A DNA stretch of 64,000 nucleotides from Bacteroidia bacterium (GTDB lineage: Bacteria > Bacteroidota > Bacteroidia > JADZBD01). The notes under the pieces were generated by a model that was not told the origin of the DNA, made no database searches, and saw only the letters and a list, made by a program, of their open reading frames with translations. The position numbers were made by a program, and so were the translations under genes. The stretch spans positions 83,307 through 147,306 of the forward strand of contig JADZBD010000002.1 in NCBI GenBank assembly GCA_020852255.1, read 5' to 3'. The stretch's first letter is position 1. Each line of letters begins with the position of its first letter. Positions 58,981 through 64,000 of this stretch are shown here, piece by piece.

Positions 58981-59144
58981 AATTTCCGTCATTTTCAATA
59001 TCTTGTTGGCGGCAACGAAGGGAATGATGATTTAATGCGCTCTATGTCAGTGTTTTAAATATTTTCTTTCTCCCCGGTTAAACGCTGGGGCATTTGCCAC
59101 GTCTTACTTGCAAACCCGAAAAAAAAGAACAAAAACCAATAAAA

Positions 59145-60017
59145 ATGAAAACCAAAAAATTCATCATCAGTTCACTTCTATTATTCACTGCCGCGGCCGT
59201 AGTATTCACAGGCTGCCGCAAACGTGAAGAGGAAGACAATGACACTTCATCGGCGAGCGACCATGCATTCGCTGAAGGCTGCTTCAACGACCTTTCCTCC
59301 ATTGCTGAACAGGCATCGGATGGAAGTATGAATACCTTTAAATCCGGTGGTGACAACGGAACCCTGCTCAGCGCCTGTGCCATTATTACATGGGATACCC
59401 TTAACCAGTCCAATATAGATACACTTACAATTGACTTCGGATCTACTAACTGTCTCTGCTCAGACAACCGTTACCGTCGCGGAAAGGTTATTGTTTCCTA
59501 CACCGGGGGGCAGCATTATCGTGATTCGGGGCTGGTAGCCACAATCACTCCCAGCAATTATTTTGTAAACAATCACCAGATTCTCGGAACCAAGGTTGTA
59601 ACAAACCGCGGGCATATCAACCAGGGACGATTGCAGTGGGATATTACGGTGAACGGTCAGGTTATTCTGGCCAATAACGGGGGAACCATCACATGGCAGA
59701 CCAATAAAACAAAAGTGCTTCTGCAGGGTGAGACCGTTTACAATGCTCCCATCAACTGGCTGCAGGCCAAATGGCAGCTGACCGGAAATGTAAACGGAAC
59801 AGCAGCCAACGGTGAGAGCTTCAGTGTAACCGTAACTGCACCGCTGGTACGCGATATGACATGCGCATCAAATTTCCGGAGGTACTTCACGCAGGGAACC
59901 TTTGATTTTACCCCTGGTTCACGGCCTGTACGTCATGTAGACATGGGTAACGGCACTTGCGACAATCAGTGCACGGTTACGATCAACAACAACACGTACA
60001 CGGTAACACTCCCATAA
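59145..60017 (+). CDS. hypothetical lipoprotein
   Basis: Start at MKTKKFIISSLLLFTAAAVVFTGC (lipobox). No recognisable catalytic motifs. Asn/Thr-rich. Confidence 0.5.
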   Translation: MKTKKFIISSLLLFTAAAVVFTGCRKREEEDNDTSSASDHAFAEGCFNDLSSIAEQASDGSMNTFKSGGDNGTLLSACAIITWDTLNQSNIDTLTIDFGSTNCLCSDNRYRRGKVIVSYTGGQHYRDSGLVATITPSNYFVNNHQILGTKVVTNRGHINQGRLQWDITVNGQVILANNGGTITWQTNKTKVLLQGETVYNAPINWLQAKWQLTGNVNGTAANGESFSVTVTAPLVRDMTCASNFRRYFTQGTFDFTPGSRPVRHVDMGNGTCDNQCTVTINNNTYTVTLP

Positions 60018-60037
60018 GCTTTAAAGAAGAAAACGAA

Positions 60038-60067
60038 AAGGCTGCCTCCTAAGGGCAGCCTTTTTTA
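60038..60067. terminator. bidirectional terminator shared by the lipoprotein gene (+) and ispF (-)
   Basis: aaggctgccc-tccta-gggcagcctt hairpin flanked by A-tract and T-tract. Confidence 0.65.
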
Positions 60068-60547
60068 TTTGAGCAAAAGTGCTACAGCGTAAGCAGCCAC
60101 CCCCTCTTCGCGTCCTACGTATCCTAATTTTTCGTTCGTAGTGGCTTTGATAGACAAATCACCGGAGGAAATTCCCAAAACCGGACAGAGGGCGTTCTTC
60201 ATTGCGGCGATGTGCGGGTTCACCTTTGGTTTCTCAAGGCAAATGGTAGCATCAATATTTCCCACACGATAGCCTCTCTCTTTCATCAGTCCGCACACCT
60301 TCCGGAGTAATTCCTTGCTGTCGATTCCTTTGTAGGCATCATCGGTATTGGGAAAATGCAGCCCAATGTCTCCCAGTGCCAGCGCTCCCAGAATCGCATC
60401 GCACACGGCATGAATGAGCACATCCGCATCCGAATGCCCTACGGCACCGGATGTATGATCCAGTTTTATCCCACCCAGGTAAAAAGGCCGGCCGGCTTCC
60501 AGAACATGTACATCGAAGCCGAATCCTATTCTGGGAATGGCACTCAT
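60065..60547 (-). CDS. ispF: 2-C-methyl-D-erythritol 2,4-cyclodiphosphate synthase
   Basis: 160 aa. …IGFGFDVHVLEAGRPFYLGGIKLDHTSGAVGHSDADVLIHAVCDAILGA… is a canonical IspF. Confidence 0.9.
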   Translation of the reverse strand: MSAIPRIGFGFDVHVLEAGRPFYLGGIKLDHTSGAVGHSDADVLIHAVCDAILGALALGDIGLHFPNTDDAYKGIDSKELLRKVCGLMKERGYRVGNIDATICLEKPKVNPHIAAMKNALCPVLGISSGDLSIKATTNEKLGYVGREEGVAAYAVALLLK

Positions 60548-61785
60548 TAATTGGTCGGTTGATCTCCGCCTCCGTTCTTATCCTGATCCTTAAAGGCATC
60601 CAGATCGAACTGAAGGGTGAAACGAAGTGTATTCTGCAGAGGATGTTTCTGAACCGTTGGAATCAGGTAGGCCATATCCAGTCCGAAAACATTATATCGC
60701 AGTCCAATGCCCACGGTGAAATATTTCCTGTTCCCCTTGGTTTCATGTTCGTAAAAATATCCGGCACGCACCGCGAATTGTTTATCGTACCAGTATTCCA
60801 ATCCACCGCTGAGGTTATACTCTCTGAGTTCTTCTTCAAAACCTGCCGGAGCGTCGGAGAAGGAACCGAACATTCCGCTTACAATACCGCGGTCGGGATC
60901 CTTCCCTGCCGCGATAAGGTACGTTCCGTTCGGCCCAGGTACCGGGTTCCCGTTCGCATCCTTTTCATAAACGGGCGGTGTGGGAACCATCAGCTTATTG
61001 ATTTCAAACAAAAAACCTACGGTATTAAAATCGTCAATATTCATATCCAGGCCTGCACCCAGCCGGAGATTGATTGGAATAAAATCCTTTGAATCGGCAA
61101 TATTGGTGTAAGAAATTTTAGAACCAATGTTAGAAATATTCAGACCGGCCATAAAGGTGGACTTCTTTCCACCCACTTCCACCTTGGTATTGTGATAATA
61201 GGCGGAGATATCTACCGCGAAAGCGGTTCCTGCTTTGGTTGTATTCCCTCCTGCAGCTTGTCCTCCGGTGAGATTGGAATAAATGAATCGCATGGCACCT
61301 CCCATGCTGAAATTATCTCCCAGTTTGGTTGCATAGGCTCCGTCGATGGCGAATTCATTCGGATTGAATTGTCCGATCTCATTCCCGGCGATGTCTGTGA
61401 AGGTGATGTTCCCCAGCGAGAAATACCGTAATGAACCGGCAAAAACACCTGCTTTCTTTATTTTGCGGTAGGCGCTCAGATACGCAATGTTAATATCAGG
61501 AACCAATGCGCGGAGCCAGGGTGTGTAGGACACGGACAATCCCATTTTCTTTTTCAGGAATCCCATCTTGGCTGCATTCCAGTGAATGCTGTTGGCGTCC
61601 GGAGTGGAGGCCACACCGGCATCTCCCATTCCGCCCGCTCTGGAATCCGGGGAAATAATTAAAAAAGGAACAGCGGTAGTAGGAACGTTGATCTGTCCGA
61701 GCAGCTCATTTTTATCAATCTGAGCCGTAGCAAGTCCACCGCAACAAAGCCCGGCGATCAGGGATGCTATTTCTAACTGCTTCAT
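60547..61785 (-). CDS. porV: T9SS outer-membrane protein PorV (LptO)
   Basis: 412 aa. Signal peptide. N-terminal …VPFLIISPDSRAGGMGDAGVASTPDANSIHWNAAKM… PorV signature. FadL-like beta-barrel pattern. 1-nt overlap with ispF. Confidence 0.8.
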   Translation of the reverse strand: MKQLEIASLIAGLCCGGLATAQIDKNELLGQINVPTTAVPFLIISPDSRAGGMGDAGVASTPDANSIHWNAAKMGFLKKKMGLSVSYTPWLRALVPDINIAYLSAYRKIKKAGVFAGSLRYFSLGNITFTDIAGNEIGQFNPNEFAIDGAYATKLGDNFSMGGAMRFIYSNLTGGQAAGGNTTKAGTAFAVDISAYYHNTKVEVGGKKSTFMAGLNISNIGSKISYTNIADSKDFIPINLRLGAGLDMNIDDFNTVGFLFEINKLMVPTPPVYEKDANGNPVPGPNGTYLIAAGKDPDRGIVSGMFGSFSDAPAGFEEELREYNLSGGLEYWYDKQFAVRAGYFYEHETKGNRKYFTVGIGLRYNVFGLDMAYLIPTVQKHPLQNTLRFTLQFDLDAFKDQDKNGGGDQPTN

Positions 61786-61826
61786 TATTAGAATATTCGT
61801 CGCAACAGAACGCTAAATGTATGTAT

Positions 61827-64000
61827 TTATTTTAAAATAACCAGTTTATTGTACTCATCTGCCACTTCCCCTTCCGTGGTCCTCACTTTCAGGCGGTAGA
61901 AATACACACCCTTTCCGATCGCGTCTCCGAAATCGTCGAGGCCATCCCACTCGATTCCGGCGTTTCTGTAGCCGTCGCATGCCATTTCGGTAATGATTGT
62001 TTTGAGAAGTTTTCCCGAAACGGTAAATATCTGTATCTGAACATCCAGATTGCCACAGGGCTTATTATGTTCGAAGAAGAACGCCGTGTGTGTGGTAAAC
62101 GGATTGGGATAATTCATCACGTGATCCAGGGCAAGTACGGCGGATTCAGCAACCGTAAATTCAGTGTAATCAGTGGCGGAATTGTTGTACACATCCCAAA
62201 CCTTCACAGAAAGGGTATGTGTTCCTGAAGGCAAATTCTCGAGCGGGTAGCGAATAGATCCTCTGCTGTAGGAGTTCAGATTGGCTTCATAATATTCATT
62301 TAATACCAAGGGGTCGGCAGAATTTCCATCAAGTATACCAACAAGGTCGTGTCCTATTCCTGTTCCCACCGTATTGATTCCGTTGGTATCAAACACCTGC
62401 ACATAAATATCCGGATCTTCATCGGTGATTCCTCCGCTTACAAAACTCGCATCATTCATATACAATTTGATCTCCGGTCCGGTAAGGTCCGGTGGTGCTG
62501 TTGTGTCGGATCCGCCAATAATAATGTCTTCGTTGAATCCATGCGCATCTTCGTATCCGTTGTGCGCATAAAAGCTGATGCGTCCGGTTCCGTACTGGTA
62601 TGCGATATCCTTGGGAACGATAAAGCTGAAGGTAAAATCACCACCTGTAACACTTGCTTTCCCCTTATAGAGCACATTCTTTTGGGCATAGAAGGAGAAA
62701 ACCGGAAGCGAACCTCCGTCGTTACCCAGGCAGGTGATCAGGGCACGTTTGTCAAACACCGTGGGAAAAAGTATCCCGTTAAATCCGGTGATTTTATTAC
62801 CAAACACATCTCTTACCTCACCTGTAACAGTTACCCGGCTCAGTGCGCGCAGTGTATCGGGTGCAGAAGGAACAACAGGTGATAAATTGATAGTTGTAGC
62901 CACTACCCGGTGTTCAGGATAAGCAAGGGTAAGTGCAGGGTCACAGAGCAGGGTGAAATTCCGGTGATTGTCGTCCGGCACCAGCGTACTCTTCGTGAGC
63001 ATATTTAAATCACCGAGGCGGGGGTAAATGCCTCCGGTCATCGTATCCAGCGCGTAGTTGAAAAAGTTTCTGTTCAGACTGTAATTGGGTCCGGAGAACA
63101 CGAGCCTGACTGTTGTAAAAAGTCCGATCCCTCCGCCATCGGCATTCAGCAGCACGTATTCTCCCGCGGAAGTTCTTGCCGGATCATCCCAGCGGCTGAA
63201 TTCACAGGTAGCGGTAAAAAACAGCGGAAGATTGCACTTATTGCTCCAGTTATTAATCTGATTCACCTCAATAATCCGCTCGTGTGCAAGCCCCACTTCC
63301 CCGCCGTGACCGATATAATTAAAAATAAGACAGCCCCTGTCCATGCGCTTGTTAATGGCATCTACCGCGTCGGGGTAACGGCTGCCTCCGGGTGTGGCCA
63401 CCTGCACAAAGGCATCCAGATAAATGCGTTCAATATTATATGAGTTGTAGGCGGTATCTACAAACCCGGCAATGTTTTCCGATTGTGAAACGTGGGTATT
63501 TCCATCCTCATCGTCCCCAACGAATGTGATCATATTCCTCCAGTCACCAAATGAAACACATTGTGAAGAAGAACAGGAGGTAGAATTGGACGTATTCACC
63601 GTTCCCGGAACCGAAACGTACTGTTCCACCTTGCTGTATACGCCATCCGATTCTCCGAGCGATTTTACCGGAATCCTTCCAACCCCCAGATCCGGCTTGT
63701 CGGGATCTCCCGGATCCCAGTCACCTTCCAGCGGTCCGAGCTGTACATAAAAATCATCCGACACATACGAGCGAATGGGATCGGTAGAATTCAGGGACTG
63801 ATACGTAGGAATAAAGTTGGTATTTCCGGCCAGGCGGTACTTATTATCATAGGATCCGTCGCCGTATAGAAGAAGGTATTTAGGTGCATCGGAAGGCCCG
63901 GTAGAACGCTCATAGAACATTCTTACAAAATCCCGGATTGCAGAAACATCCTGAGCGCCGGAAGAAAATTCATTATAAATCTGCATCGGTGTAACCACCG
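61827..64000 (-). CDS. porU: T9SS C-terminal signal peptidase / sortase PorU, partial (N-terminus beyond window end)
   Basis: More than 723 aa, open to the window edge. Gingipain/C25-like region. C-terminal …VYFYRLKVRTTEGEVADEYNKLVILK typical of PorU. Directly upstream of porV, as in porU-porV operons. Confidence 0.75.
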   Translation of the reverse strand, partial: VVTPMQIYNEFSSGAQDVSAIRDFVRMFYERSTGPSDAPKYLLLYGDGSYDNKYRLAGNTNFIPTYQSLNSTDPIRSYVSDDFYVQLGPLEGDWDPGDPDKPDLGVGRIPVKSLGESDGVYSKVEQYVSVPGTVNTSNSTSCSSSQCVSFGDWRNMITFVGDDEDGNTHVSQSENIAGFVDTAYNSYNIERIYLDAFVQVATPGGSRYPDAVDAINKRMDRGCLIFNYIGHGGEVGLAHERIIEVNQINNWSNKCNLPLFFTATCEFSRWDDPARTSAGEYVLLNADGGGIGLFTTVRLVFSGPNYSLNRNFFNYALDTMTGGIYPRLGDLNMLTKSTLVPDDNHRNFTLLCDPALTLAYPEHRVVATTINLSPVVPSAPDTLRALSRVTVTGEVRDVFGNKITGFNGILFPTVFDKRALITCLGNDGGSLPVFSFYAQKNVLYKGKASVTGGDFTFSFIVPKDIAYQYGTGRISFYAHNGYEDAHGFNEDIIIGGSDTTAPPDLTGPEIKLYMNDASFVSGGITDEDPDIYVQVFDTNGINTVGTGIGHDLVGILDGNSADPLVLNEYYEANLNSYSRGSIRYPLENLPSGTHTLSVKVWDVYNNSATDYTEFTVAESAVLALDHVMNYPNPFTTHTAFFFEHNKPCGNLDVQIQIFTVSGKLLKTIITEMACDGYRNAGIEWDGLDDFGDAIGKGVYFYRLKVRTTEGEVADEYNKLVILK

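Overview
This 64-kb window appears to be a Bacteroidota chromosome segment (about 50% GC, compact operons, many 1-4 nt start/stop overlaps). Evidence for the phylum: type IX secretion (T9SS) genes, gldKLMN gliding genes, type III glutamine synthetase, and a Bacteroidetes-style TTTG / TAnnTTTG promoter. The ORF track does not list the first gene (a GH92 alpha-mannosidase on the minus strand, 1..1762) because its stop codon lies outside the window. I found no rRNA, tRNA, CRISPR or mobile elements.

In order:
- a mannoside-utilisation trio: GH92 alpha-mannosidase, ROK kinase, MFS sugar transporter
- efp and lpxD
- a lone GAF-PP2C phosphatase
- an LPS / O-antigen-type locus: O-antigen-ligase-like gene, two tandem Wzz-like paralogs, Wzx-like flippase, GT4, rnhB, a 908-aa membrane-anchored unknown, ugd, DegT-type aminotransferase, a secreted unknown, waaA/kdtA
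- rluA-family and panB genes
- a PolX / GH3-family / unknown / deoxynucleoside-kinase cluster, plus a second deoxynucleoside kinase fused by overlap to folK
- sppA and type III glutamine synthetase
- the T9SS / gliding core porP(sprF)-gldK-gldL-gldM-gldN
- an arginase-family gene and topA
- an APC-family permease and miaB
- an N-terminally bare sigma-54 activator, an LptE-like lipoprotein, a charged unknown, secG, groES and groEL
- ispF, porV and porU (5' end outside the window)

At least four genes encode secreted proteins carrying T9SS C-terminal sorting domains (CTD): a glycine-rich protein, a delta-60/Kelch-like repeat propeller, a glucose/sorbosone-dehydrogenase-like propeller and a Kelch protein.

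The most interesting non-textbook observations are:
- tandem Wzz paralogs
- T7-C9 homopolymer tracts, one beside an (AT)n tract, in three promoter regions, as possible phase-variation loci
- a (GCC)n tract inside the glycine-rich cargo gene
- a PolX-GH3 stop/start overlap adjacent to nucleotide-salvage kinases
- the unknown 908-aa protein abutting ugd with a 0-bp convergent junction
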